Positions 55,287-64,000 of a stretch of DNA of 64,000 nucleotides are shown one piece after another. The stretch is from a virus (taxonomy: Duplodnaviria > Caudoviricetes). The stretch spans positions 65,557 through 129,556 of the IMG/VR virus record IMGVR_UViG_3300013105_000843; one strand, 5' to 3'. The notes under the pieces are model-generated. The model saw only the letters and a list, made by a program, of their open reading frames with translations. It had not been told where the DNA came from and did not search any database. The stretch's first letter is position 1, and every line of letters begins with the position of its first letter. Position numbers and translations under genes: made by a program.

Positions 55287-56651
55287 TTACGAGGCGAGCG
55301 ATGCTTCGTGAAACGAAACCCACGGCTTGTCCGCGCCCTTCCCCTTGGCGCCCAGGTGCACCGGCATCGAGAACGTGATGCCGTGGTCCGGATGCGAAAT
55401 CCACAGCGCCTGCTGCGGCTGCTCGAAGCCGAAGTTGTTCGCGTGGGCGTACTCGTTGTAGCCAATGAGCGAGCCGTTCATGATGATTCGGCGCATCTGC
55501 AGCAGCTGGTGGAAGTGCCCGATAACCAGGGTGTCGTACTCCTGATTGATTTGCGCATTGCGCGAGCGCTTCTTGTGGTCGCCACGGGTAATCGGGCCGA
55601 GCGGGCCAATCATGCCGTCGCCGCCGCGGAACTGGTTGCCGTGCGTGAACAGGTAGCGGTAGCCGTACACCGACACCAGCGCGTCCGGGCCGTCCGGGAT
55701 GAAGAAGACAACGTCCGGGTCGTCCTGGAAGTGGCGGTCCAGGCACTGGTAAATCAGCCAGTCGAACGAATTGAAGTTCGATTCCTTCGCGCGCATCTTC
55801 TTGTGCATGCGGCCATGGTTGCCGGCGACACACGGCAGGAACACTCGGCCAAACACGGCTTTCAGGCGCTTGATGGCGACGATGAGATGGTCGACGAGGT
55901 CGAGCACCACCGTCATGATGGGCTCTTCGTTGGTCTCGCTCAGTTCCTCGTGGATATTGCCCGACACCATGTCGCCGCCGAGCGCGAACACGATGCCCGG
56001 ATAGTCCGGCTTGACCATGTGGCGGGTCAGGAGGTTGATGGTGCGCTCGATGAGCTTGTTCAGGCGCTCGCGCGCGATGGTGAGGTTGTACTCGTTCACC
56101 CCGCCGATTTCGGAGGGCTTCACGACTTCCCCCCAGTGCCAGTCCGAACCGAAGAGAATCGGCACGCCGGTCGTGGTAGCACCCGCTGCGGCCGAACGTT
56201 CAATCCAGGCGGGGGTGGTCGGCTTCGCGTGCGCGATTTCGAAAATCTGCCGGCGAATCTGCTCTTCATTGAGAGCGGACTCGGCGAGCGTTTCGGCCTG
56301 CTTGCGCAGGCGACGATTCTCGTCCTGCAACAGCTTCAATGCCATCGCCATGCGGTCGCCGTTGGTTACCGCATCAGCGAGGCTCGCGCGCGTGGCCGTG
56401 GCGGTGGCGCCGGCCGGCGACGTGCGGGAGACCCCCGACGTACGCGACAGCGACGCGCGGGCCGCTACAGCCGCCCCGCCACCGTGAGGACGCAGCAGTT
56501 TCTCGACGGCATCGGTCCCCAGGATATTGCGGGCCTGCCCGAGCCGATAGGACACCGCACTTTGCGCTACTCCCAGCTCACGGGCGGCCGCACGCTGGTT
56601 GCCAGCCGCGGCAAGACGCCGGACGAACTGCTTCGCCTCTGTCTTATTCAT
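55287..56651 (-). CDS. HTH / coiled-coil / calcineurin-like metallophosphoesterase
   Basis: NQRAAARELGVAQSAVSYRL (HTH); SDWH, GGD, GNHG, THG, GHFH. Confidence 0.85.
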   Translation of the reverse strand: MNKTEAKQFVRRLAAAGNQRAAARELGVAQSAVSYRLGQARNILGTDAVEKLLRPHGGGAAVAARASLSRTSGVSRTSPAGATATATRASLADAVTNGDRMAMALKLLQDENRRLRKQAETLAESALNEEQIRRQIFEIAHAKPTTPAWIERSAAAGATTTGVPILFGSDWHWGEVVKPSEIGGVNEYNLTIARERLNKLIERTINLLTRHMVKPDYPGIVFALGGDMVSGNIHEELSETNEEPIMTVVLDLVDHLIVAIKRLKAVFGRVFLPCVAGNHGRMHKKMRAKESNFNSFDWLIYQCLDRHFQDDPDVVFFIPDGPDALVSVYGYRYLFTHGNQFRGGDGMIGPLGPITRGDHKKRSRNAQINQEYDTLVIGHFHQLLQMRRIIMNGSLIGYNEYAHANNFGFEQPQQALWISHPDHGITFSMPVHLGAKGKGADKPWVSFHEASLAS

Positions 56652-56709
56652 ACGTACTCCAATATACGGGTGTTGAAAGACGGCCTTTCCGACCGTGCAT
56701 GACTGGGAC

Positions 56710-56737
56710 TGTATAACGTTAAATGCGCTATTGTCAA
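56710..56737 (-). promoter_or_regulatory. Sigma70-like promoter
   Basis: TTGACA-16-TATACA on the minus strand. Confidence 0.55.
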
Positions 56738-56870
56738 GCAACGGAATTGATAATTTTATGGCTCGGTCCTAATTGATTAACCGCTCGACGGCCAATCAAA
56801 TAGCGACGTGGCCCGCTGGAACGGGCCTCGGCTCATGCTGCAGAGGAAAAGACGCGGTGCCGACTGCCGC

Positions 56871-58211
56871 TTATCGCACGTACAGCTCGCGATAGGATGT
56901 CGTGTCCCAGTGGTACTGGTACGCGGTTTCGCTTGCGTTGAATGACGGACAGAGCTTCGGGTACCCCACGTTCGCCCCGCCGCAAGTCGGGCTAATCCCG
57001 CCGGCATCCCAGAGAGTCAGGTCCGCGGTTGTCGGGTCGGTCGACAATCCCCACCCGATTTCCGTCAGCCACATGCTTGTGCGCCCCGAGGCGCTCGCCA
57101 CACCGGCGTAGGTGGTGGAGACATTGCCCGAGCTGGCGGTGAAGAACGAAAAATGAATCCAGCTACCGTACAGCGACTGCCACGTCGAACCGCCATTTTT
57201 GAACAGCCCCTGGGTGAACGAGCTGTTCGAGAGCCCGTTCGGGAGCACCGGCCTCGCGCTGGGGTTGGCCGTGTAGGTGACAAGCGACAGGCCGGCGGTC
57301 ACTGACGACACGGGTACGTCGTGCCCGGACGTACCGTTGTCACCCGCAAAGATGAGACTCCAGCCCCCGGCATCGGTCGTCTGGTCGCAGTAGACCGGGT
57401 AGGTCGCCGCACCCGGACCACCAGGTTGCACGCGATAGATGCCGTCGCCAACGGCGTCGCGGTACACCTTCAGCCCGCTCGGATAGCGGTAGTCCTTGCA
57501 CGTCGTGCCGTAGCTGCCGTCCGCCCAGACCCGCTCGCCGGCGACGTTCTGCACGAGGCCGACCACGGCCGCCGAGCCCGTGAGCGGCTGCCAGTTGCCG
57601 ACCGTGCCGTCCGGGTTCAGATACACCGCGCCCGTCTGGTTGACCGCGCGAATCTCGCCCGCGCGCGGGCTGAGGATGCTGCCGAGCTGCGACTCGAGTT
57701 GCACCGTCGCGCCGTGATAGCTCACGGCCGAGAAGCCGCCGTAGAGCTGCGAGACGGTCACGCGCTGCGCCAGGTCGTCGTCCACGCGCACGCCGGCGAG
57801 CGCCTGCGCGCAGGTGGTCTGGAACACCTTGTCCGGCCCGGCGCTGATGACCGCATAGACCGGGTCGTTCGCCACACTGGGACTGCCCACGCAGTAGCCG
57901 AGCGGCGTTACGAAGGCATCCGCAGCGGGCGTGACGCCCGCCGGCAGGAAGCCGCCGCCAGCGGGCGCGCCGGTGCCAGACGTCACCGCCGGCGCCACGG
58001 GATTCGCTGCGGTGGTGCTCGTCAGGCCAGCGAGCTTCACCAAGGCCTTGTCGAGCCCCTCGCGGCTCTGCGCGATGCGCGCGCTGCGCATCTGCTGGAT
58101 GTTGTAGGCGGTCACCACACCGACGGTGCCCGCCAGCGCCCCGAGTACCATGAGGGCTACAACCAGCGCGCCGCCTTGCTGGCCGCGCGCGAACCCCGTT
58201 CGCATGTTCAT
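56871..58211 (-). CDS. Pilin-like adhesin 3 (PilX-like N-terminus plus fibrinogen-like domain)
   Basis: QQG|GALVV; SAG.D..FQT.C core; GDGIY.V.P...VYCDQTTDAGGWSLI. Confidence 0.8.
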   Translation of the reverse strand: MNMRTGFARGQQGGALVVALMVLGALAGTVGVVTAYNIQQMRSARIAQSREGLDKALVKLAGLTSTTAANPVAPAVTSGTGAPAGGGFLPAGVTPAADAFVTPLGYCVGSPSVANDPVYAVISAGPDKVFQTTCAQALAGVRVDDDLAQRVTVSQLYGGFSAVSYHGATVQLESQLGSILSPRAGEIRAVNQTGAVYLNPDGTVGNWQPLTGSAAVVGLVQNVAGERVWADGSYGTTCKDYRYPSGLKVYRDAVGDGIYRVQPGGPGAATYPVYCDQTTDAGGWSLIFAGDNGTSGHDVPVSSVTAGLSLVTYTANPSARPVLPNGLSNSSFTQGLFKNGGSTWQSLYGSWIHFSFFTASSGNVSTTYAGVASASGRTSMWLTEIGWGLSTDPTTADLTLWDAGGISPTCGGANVGYPKLCPSFNASETAYQYHWDTTSYRELYVR

Positions 58212-58213
58212 GG

Positions 58214-60214
58214 TCAACGCACCCACAGGTTGAAGTTGCAGCCCGTCGCGCTGGCATAGCAGAACCCGTTGGGCACATCCGCACCGAGCACCCACGCATA
58301 GCCGTAGTTGGCCATGTTCGTGTTGAAATACAGCTGCCCGTCGACAATGTCGCCATCGGCCAAGCCGTTCCCCGCGTAAGGCAGATAGTCAGCGGAAGGG
58401 GATTGCGCGCCCGTCCAGCCGGTCGTGGCGTAGGAGGTCGCCGTGTCGCCGGAGACCATCGACGCGTGCGCATAGGGCGTGGCTTTCCAGTAGCGCGTTT
58501 GCTGGTAGGTTCCGTCCGAGGTCGCCCGGTAGATGCCCGCTCCGCCCGCGCGCAACAGGTTGATGGTGGTGTCATCGAGCTTGAACGCAGAGGCGCCATA
58601 CGGGGCGTTGCGGCTCGTCGCGAGCCCCGGATTGATGGCGGAGGTCACGTTCCAGGCCGATGGCGACATCCCCGAGCCACCCGCGCCACGCATGACGAGT
58701 TCCCAGCCGCCCCCGTTGCTCGACATGTCGCACCAGACCTGCAGCGGCGAAGCCGCACCCGGCGGGTTGACAAGATACACCCCGTCGGCCATCGCGCCCT
58801 GGTTGCGGTAGCTCGTGCATGCGGAAAACGGAGCCGCCGCCATCGGCTGCCAGGCGCCGCTGCGCTGAACGAAGCCGGCCCCTTCGGTGAGCTGCTCTCC
58901 CAGGCTGCGCCCCGTTTGCCAGAGCCGGAATGCTTCGCTGTCCGACAGCGCTCGATTCCAGACAGCCATGTCGTCGAGGAACAGATTGGCCATGTACCAG
59001 CTGGTATTGCCCGTTCCGCCGAGGTTGGCTGTGCTGCTCCAGGCCCGGTTTGCGGGTAGCGGCTGGCTTCCCGCGAGCGTCAGCGTTTGCCGCACACCGT
59101 CGATGTAGATGCGCTCGTCCGGCGCAAAGTTGTCGCCCGCGTCCTTGCGCGTGTCCATCACGAACACGTACAGGTGCTTGCCTGGCAACGGTGTGACACC
59201 TCGCACCTCGCCCTGATAGGTGTTAAACCCAATCAGGTTGTAGTTCGCGTTGTACCAGATGTCGTAGGTGGCGAACGAAAACGGCATGACGAGGCCCGTC
59301 AGCGACGCACTGTCCAGCCACATTGCGATGGTGGCCTGTGAGGTGCCAAGCGCCGCCAGTTCAGGCAGCGGCAAAGAGGCAATGCCGGTTCCAACACGCG
59401 CCTGACCGAATACCCCCGGCGCGTAGCTCGTCGTCGAGAATTGGATGTCGTGCCCGGACACTGCGTCATGCGCGACGTTCCCGTTCATCTCATCCATGGA
59501 CCAATACGACACCAGGCCCTTCATGAGCGGCGCCCCGGAGATGCCCAGCGACTGCAGCGGCTGCCACTGGCCGGGCGTGCCGGTTGGATTCAGGTACACC
59601 GACGCGTGCCCCGTGCCGTCATCGAGCACCGGACGAATTTCGCCGGGCGTGATGTACTGCAGCTGGTTCAGCACCGCCAAGCTCGCCACCGGCTTGCCGT
59701 GGTCAATCGCCCCCGTACGCCCTTTCAGCAGCGAGGCGCTCGTGATGACGCGCACGATATCGTCACCGAGCGTCTGCCCGAGCAGCGCCGTCGCGCACGG
59801 CGTCTGGAAAACACCATCCTTGCCCGCCGAGACCAGCGCGGCCGCCGCATCGGAGACTGCTGCGCTCGAGGCGACGCAATAGCCGAGTGCATTGCCCCAC
59901 CCGTCCACCCGCGCTACGTTGGGCAGTACCGCCGGCAATTGCCCGCCGCCCGTCGGCGCGAACGCGGCGCTCTGGTATGCCGGCAGCACCGCCACGTTGC
60001 TGGTGGTGAAGGATGGCGCGGCCGTGAGTTGCGTGACAGCGGCCGACATTGCCGTTTCGGACATCGCGCGGGCGCGCGAGGAGGCGACGCTCAGCATCAT
60101 CGGCCGGATGACGGACGTCGCCATCGCCGTGGCCACCGCAATCGCGGCTACGGCTGCCAGGAGCAGCGGGACCGCCGCATAGCCGCGCTGTCGGTTCTTG
60201 AGGTTCATGTTCAT
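58214..60214 (-). CDS. Pilin-like adhesin 2 (pilin + LamG + fibrinogen-like)
   Basis: RQRG|YAAVP; GLVSYWSMDE...IYIDG...DDMAVWNRALS; ADGVYLVNP..WCDM...GGGWELV. Confidence 0.85.
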   Translation of the reverse strand: MNMNLKNRQRGYAAVPLLLAAVAAIAVATAMATSVIRPMMLSVASSRARAMSETAMSAAVTQLTAAPSFTTSNVAVLPAYQSAAFAPTGGGQLPAVLPNVARVDGWGNALGYCVASSAAVSDAAAALVSAGKDGVFQTPCATALLGQTLGDDIVRVITSASLLKGRTGAIDHGKPVASLAVLNQLQYITPGEIRPVLDDGTGHASVYLNPTGTPGQWQPLQSLGISGAPLMKGLVSYWSMDEMNGNVAHDAVSGHDIQFSTTSYAPGVFGQARVGTGIASLPLPELAALGTSQATIAMWLDSASLTGLVMPFSFATYDIWYNANYNLIGFNTYQGEVRGVTPLPGKHLYVFVMDTRKDAGDNFAPDERIYIDGVRQTLTLAGSQPLPANRAWSSTANLGGTGNTSWYMANLFLDDMAVWNRALSDSEAFRLWQTGRSLGEQLTEGAGFVQRSGAWQPMAAAPFSACTSYRNQGAMADGVYLVNPPGAASPLQVWCDMSSNGGGWELVMRGAGGSGMSPSAWNVTSAINPGLATSRNAPYGASAFKLDDTTINLLRAGGAGIYRATSDGTYQQTRYWKATPYAHASMVSGDTATSYATTGWTGAQSPSADYLPYAGNGLADGDIVDGQLYFNTNMANYGYAWVLGADVPNGFCYASATGCNFNLWVR

Positions 60215-62562
60215 CGCGCCCAGAGGAAAAGGGTGGCGGGCTGCCATGCGCCCTTGTTGCTGTTCATGAAGGTGCTGCCGTACTGGGTGCCGTATGCACC
60301 CAGCCCGCCACAGGAGTCGTGTGAGGCATCCCCACCGGAGCCCTGGGCATCCTGGTTGGCCGCCCAGCCCCACCGCGCACCACAGAAAAGCGTGCCATTA
60401 CCGGGGTACAGCTCCGCGAAATTGAAGCCGAACCGCGACGCCGTGATGGTGTTACCGTTGGGATAGGTGCTGGTGCGGACGTACCAGTTCATCGCCGTAC
60501 CAGGCACGCCATAGGCATCCGAATAGATGGTGCGGCTCGCATTGCTGAAGGCCGCGAGCGGCGTCGACGCCGAGCGGCTGACAAACTGCCGCGCAGTCTC
60601 ATTGGCAGCTTGCAGGCGGTATTGCGTGGCCTGCAGCGTCGAGAAGGCCTGCGACACCAGATTGCTGTCGCCGTAGTTCCAGTTCGCGTAGGTATCGTTC
60701 AGCGTGGTGCCGTTGGTCCAGTAGGCCGTGTCGCCCTGCAGCGTCGTGCCGTCCCCCGTCGCCTGCTTCATCACGAGGGTCCAGCCCCCGCCGTCCGAGG
60801 TCATATCGCAATACGCCTCGAATGGCGCGTTGCCGGTCGGATTGAGCAGATACACGTCGTCAACGCGCGCACCGCCCTGGTAATAGGCGTTGCAGCTTGC
60901 GAGGCCCTTGCCGGCAGCATCGTGCCAGCGCGGATTGCCTTGCGCATCGGTGTCCCGGATAAAACCGGCCTGCGCCGACAACATCCCCTGAAACCGGCGG
61001 CCCGAGTTGTAGATGACGGAGACCTCCCCGTCCGACAGCGCGCGCTTCCAGACCGCGACTTCCTGGAAGAACGTGTTGGAAAGCTGATAGTTGGTGCTGT
61101 AGCTCCACCCGCCGATATTCAGGTTCGTCTGCCAGACACGGTAGGCGGCCGAGGGCGTGCTACCTGCCTGCAGCGCCATCGGCTGCCGGATGCCATCGAC
61201 GTACACGCGCTCATCCTGCGCGAAGCTGCTCGTCGTCGACGGACGGCGGTCGAACACAAAGACAAAATGGTGGTAGCCCGTCAGTCCCGTGACACCTACA
61301 ACGTCGCTCTGCGCCGTGTTGAACCCGGCCATGACGTTGGAGCCCGATTGGTTCGTCCAGACATCCCACTCATTCCAGCCGAACAGCATCGCGTTGGCGG
61401 GTACAGTCGACAGGTTGACCCAGGCCGAGATGGTTACCTGGTTCGGGTTGTTGCCGACGATTTCGGGCAGCGCGACCGGGTTCGCGCCGGTGATGTTCTT
61501 GCCGATGCCCCACACCGCGCCGCCGCGCCCCGGCACTGACGATGGCGCGTTTGCAGGCACTGCGTTCAGGGTGGCGTTGTGGTTGCCCGTCATGTCGTAG
61601 GCCACAGAGCCAATCGGCTCGTCCATCGGCCAGAACGCGACGAGGTCAGTGTAGAACGAGCGCCCCGCCATATCGGAGGTCATATCGCAGTAGAGGCCGT
61701 ACGGCACGCCGGCAGGGTTCACCCAGTAGACGCCATCGCCGATGTCGCCGGTGTACGCGTAGCCCGCCCCGCCCTGCAGATAGCCCTGGCATGACGGCGA
61801 CATCGTGCCATCGGACCACTTGCGCATGCCGGACGCGTCGCGCACGACGTACTTGCCACCCGACGCACCGGCACCCGTCACGAGCTGCCAGTTGGCAGAG
61901 CCCTGCTGACCCGTCTGGTTCACGTACAGTTGTTTCGTCTCGAGCACGAGCCGCACCTCGCCGGGCACCGTCGGCACGACGGTGTTCAGGTCCGAGAGCA
62001 GCGTCAGCGGCGGCTTGTACGCATCCGTCTTGCCCTGCGCGCCCTGCGCACGCCATTCGGCGGCCGTCACCACGGTCAGCAGGTCGTCGCCGCGCCGGAC
62101 GCCGGCAAATGCGTCGCTGCAGCTCGTCTGGAACGTCTTGTCGTGGCCGGCGGAGAGGACGGCGAAAACTGGCGTGCTCCAGCCGCTCCATGCCGAGCCA
62201 GAGTAGTTGCAGAAGCCGAAGGAGCTGCCCCATGAGTCCGTCGAGCGGTTCGGCCCGATGCCCACCGGCAGGAGTGAGCCGCCCGACGGTGCCGCCCCGC
62301 CTGTCACATAGGTCAGGCTGCTGGGCAGGATAGGCCGGCCGGAGGCCTGCTCGTTGTAGCCCAACCCGATAGCCGAGTTCGCCAAGGTCGCCATCGCGCG
62401 CTTGGTCACCAGGTTCGCGCGCGAATCGCTGCCAAGCTTCGAGAGGGCGGAAATCTGCGTGAGCGCCACGGAGCTGGCGACCGCGACGGCCGCCATCATC
62501 AGCAGGAAGTAAGGAAGCACAGAGCCGCGCTGGGCGCGGCCTCGCAGGATTCGAAGTCGCAT
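60211..62562 (-). CDS. Pilin-like adhesin 1 (pilin + partial fibrinogen-like + LamG + fibrinogen-like)
   Basis: AQRG|SVLPY; LVAFWPMDE...VYVDG...EVAVWKRALS; YCDMTSDGGGWTLV. Confidence 0.85.
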   Translation of the reverse strand: MRLRILRGRAQRGSVLPYFLLMMAAVAVASSVALTQISALSKLGSDSRANLVTKRAMATLANSAIGLGYNEQASGRPILPSSLTYVTGGAAPSGGSLLPVGIGPNRSTDSWGSSFGFCNYSGSAWSGWSTPVFAVLSAGHDKTFQTSCSDAFAGVRRGDDLLTVVTAAEWRAQGAQGKTDAYKPPLTLLSDLNTVVPTVPGEVRLVLETKQLYVNQTGQQGSANWQLVTGAGASGGKYVVRDASGMRKWSDGTMSPSCQGYLQGGAGYAYTGDIGDGVYWVNPAGVPYGLYCDMTSDMAGRSFYTDLVAFWPMDEPIGSVAYDMTGNHNATLNAVPANAPSSVPGRGGAVWGIGKNITGANPVALPEIVGNNPNQVTISAWVNLSTVPANAMLFGWNEWDVWTNQSGSNVMAGFNTAQSDVVGVTGLTGYHHFVFVFDRRPSTTSSFAQDERVYVDGIRQPMALQAGSTPSAAYRVWQTNLNIGGWSYSTNYQLSNTFFQEVAVWKRALSDGEVSVIYNSGRRFQGMLSAQAGFIRDTDAQGNPRWHDAAGKGLASCNAYYQGGARVDDVYLLNPTGNAPFEAYCDMTSDGGGWTLVMKQATGDGTTLQGDTAYWTNGTTLNDTYANWNYGDSNLVSQAFSTLQATQYRLQAANETARQFVSRSASTPLAAFSNASRTIYSDAYGVPGTAMNWYVRTSTYPNGNTITASRFGFNFAELYPGNGTLFCGARWGWAANQDAQGSGGDASHDSCGGLGAYGTQYGSTFMNSNKGAWQPATLFLWAR

Positions 62563-62567
62563 GGCGG

Positions 62568-63107
62568 TCAGTTGCTCACGAGAAAGGTCAGCTGGTTGCT
62601 GGCCAGCGCGGCATCCGCGCCAAGCCGCTGTGCCGCGAAAGTCAGCGTGCGCGAATCGCCCGTGATGGTCAGCCGCGCGCTGGTGCCGTCGTTGGTGAAC
62701 GCCCAGCCGCTCGACATGAAGGCCGGTGCAACCGGCAGCGTCACGCCATCGGTGCCGACCCACAGGTTCTGACCGGTGCCCGGGCAGACGAGTGCGCTCA
62801 CGGCAGTCGCGGTCACCGCGGCCGGCAGCGCGGGCCGGTACGAGGTGCCGTTGACGCCATCCGGATAGTCCGAACCGCACAGCAGGATGCGCGCGCGGAT
62901 GAAGTTCGCCTGCGTTGCGACCTGCGCGGCAGCATTGGTGTAGGCCTGGTTGCGCAGTCCCGACGTGTCCGACTGCGCGACGAAAGCCGTGACCACGACC
63001 GCCAGGATGACGGCGACCATCAGCATCGGCAGGACGGCGAAGCCCCGCTGGCGCGTCGAACAGTTGCGGCGGCGCGCGCCGGCCTGAAGGGGTTGAATTC
63101 GGGACAT
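62568..63107 (-). CDS. Minor type IV pilin-like protein (Pro at +5)
   Basis: RQRG|FAVLP plus hydrophobic helix; Cys pair; GGAG RBS. Confidence 0.8.
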   Translation of the reverse strand: MSRIQPLQAGARRRNCSTRQRGFAVLPMLMVAVILAVVVTAFVAQSDTSGLRNQAYTNAAAQVATQANFIRARILLCGSDYPDGVNGTSYRPALPAAVTATAVSALVCPGTGQNLWVGTDGVTLPVAPAFMSSGWAFTNDGTSARLTITGDSRTLTFAAQRLGADAALASNQLTFLVSN

Positions 63108-63205
63108 CGAAAGCTCCGGTTGGCCTTACGCCCGTGAGCAATACGGGCGGAACGGCAATCGGACGGTATAGCGTTCACGCAGGCGGATGGCCGCCGCGCC
63201 GGCGC

Positions 63206-63242
63206 AAATAAAAACCCCCGCCAGGCGAACCTGACAGGGGGT
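63206..63242 (-). terminator. Terminator after the putative major pilin
   Basis: ACCCCCTGTCAGG-TTCG-CCTGGCGGGGGT-TTTTATTT. Confidence 0.8.
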
Positions 63243-63286
63243 GGCATAACCGCACCGGCGTGACACCGGTGCGCGAGCCGAAACGC

Positions 63287-64000
63287 TTACGATGCGTTGA
63301 CGACGTGGAAGTACACGTACTTGCCGTCGGAGGTCTGCACGCAGCCCGCCGGCCAGTTCGCCACCGCTGCCGTGCCCGACAGGTCCGGCGAGCCGGTCGA
63401 CACCGGGTTGCTCACCGTCGCGCCGCCAACGAAGGCCGATTCGGCCGACGAAACGGACGGGGGCGCCGTCGTCGAACCCGTTGCGTACAGCACGTCGTTG
63501 ATTTTGCTGCACACGCCGTTCTTGATGCCGGCAACCGTCACGACATAGTCGACGCCAGCCTGCGTGCCGATGCCATTACCCTTGAAGTTCTTGTTGTAGG
63601 CCCAGAACCCTTCGGTCGCGCCGAGGCCCGCTGCCGGGACCAGCGCGTTGCCTTGCGGAATCGGCTTGATGATGCCGACGTTCGGGTCGAACACACCCTG
63701 ACCCGTGGTCGTGTCGTACGTGATGCTGGTCGGCGTCACGCCGTTCGTCACGAGGTTCGTGAACGTCTGCTCCTGGGCCTTGCCCTGGTCGATGATGGAC
63801 GACGCCATCACCTTGTTGTTGCCGTCCTGTGCGGCGCTCGTGTTCGAGCGGCTGGTGGCCGCCCACGCGACGAGCGCGCCGCCGATGATGACAGCGAGCA
63901 GCAGCAGCGGCAGGACCGCGAAGCCCTTCTGATTTCGCTGCGCGGCGGCAGCCTGCTCTGCCTTGCGGTGCACGAGGTTGCTGAGCTTGAAATTCTTCAT
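63287..64000 (-). CDS. Putative major type IVb-like pilin (long leader, Pro at +5)
   Basis: 27-aa leader ending QKG|FAVLP; hydrophobic helix; C-terminal Cys pair; own terminator; ATG lies at the window edge. Confidence 0.8.
   Translation of the reverse strand: MKNFKLSNLVHRKAEQAAAAQRNQKGFAVLPLLLLAVIIGGALVAWAATSRSNTSAAQDGNNKVMASSIIDQGKAQEQTFTNLVTNGVTPTSITYDTTTGQGVFDPNVGIIKPIPQGNALVPAAGLGATEGFWAYNKNFKGNGIGTQAGVDYVVTVAGIKNGVCSKINDVLYATGSTTAPPSVSSAESAFVGGATVSNPVSTGSPDLSGTAAVANWPAGCVQTSDGKYVYFHVVNAS

Noticed and set aside
56871-62562. Shufflon or DGR diversifying the adhesins
   Set aside because: No inverted cassettes, sfx-like repeats, adjacent recombinase, reverse transcriptase or TR/VR pair seen; the three genes are complete paralogs.
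62563-63141. N-terminal extension making the adhesin ORF 976 aa
   Set aside because: It overlaps the 62568-63107 pilin in another frame; the likely start is ATG 62562, just before the class III signal.
1-64000. CRISPR array, canonical tRNA/rRNA, prophage structural module
   Set aside because: No regularly spaced repeats, no canonical cloverleaf with TTC/CCA, and no terminase, capsid or tail motifs recognised by eye.

Overview
GC-rich, betaproteobacterial-looking (Burkholderiaceae-like; inference) segment of a large extrachromosomal replicon such as a megaplasmid. I found no rRNA, canonical tRNA, CRISPR array or phage structural genes. Backbone genes: ParM-like actin, HU, RuvB, RdgC, RNase II/R, lytic transglycosylase and a prepilin peptidase. 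Phage-like metabolic genes: class II ribonucleotide reductase, RNA ligase-HNH plus HD-kinase RNA repair pair, three phosphoesterases, DUF262 and GIY-YIG. Also present: a PspA/DUF2491-like envelope operon, a lower-GC LuxR-solo/AlkB-like/OmpW/two-component island, and an IscB + omegaRNA element inserted seamlessly at an ATGA gene junction. The most unusual system is at 56.9-64 kb: five type IV pilin-like genes that all lack Glu5 (Pro at +4/+5 in four of them), three of which are paralogous tip-adhesin-like proteins with fibrinogen-like and LamG lectin-like domains. A CTATAC hexamer sits 25-75 nt upstream of about 16 genes, mostly without a -35 box. A 170-bp palindromic element precedes the RNA ligase. 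Several genes look like catalytically degenerate pseudo-enzymes. All family assignments come from motif recognition by eye; no database search was run.
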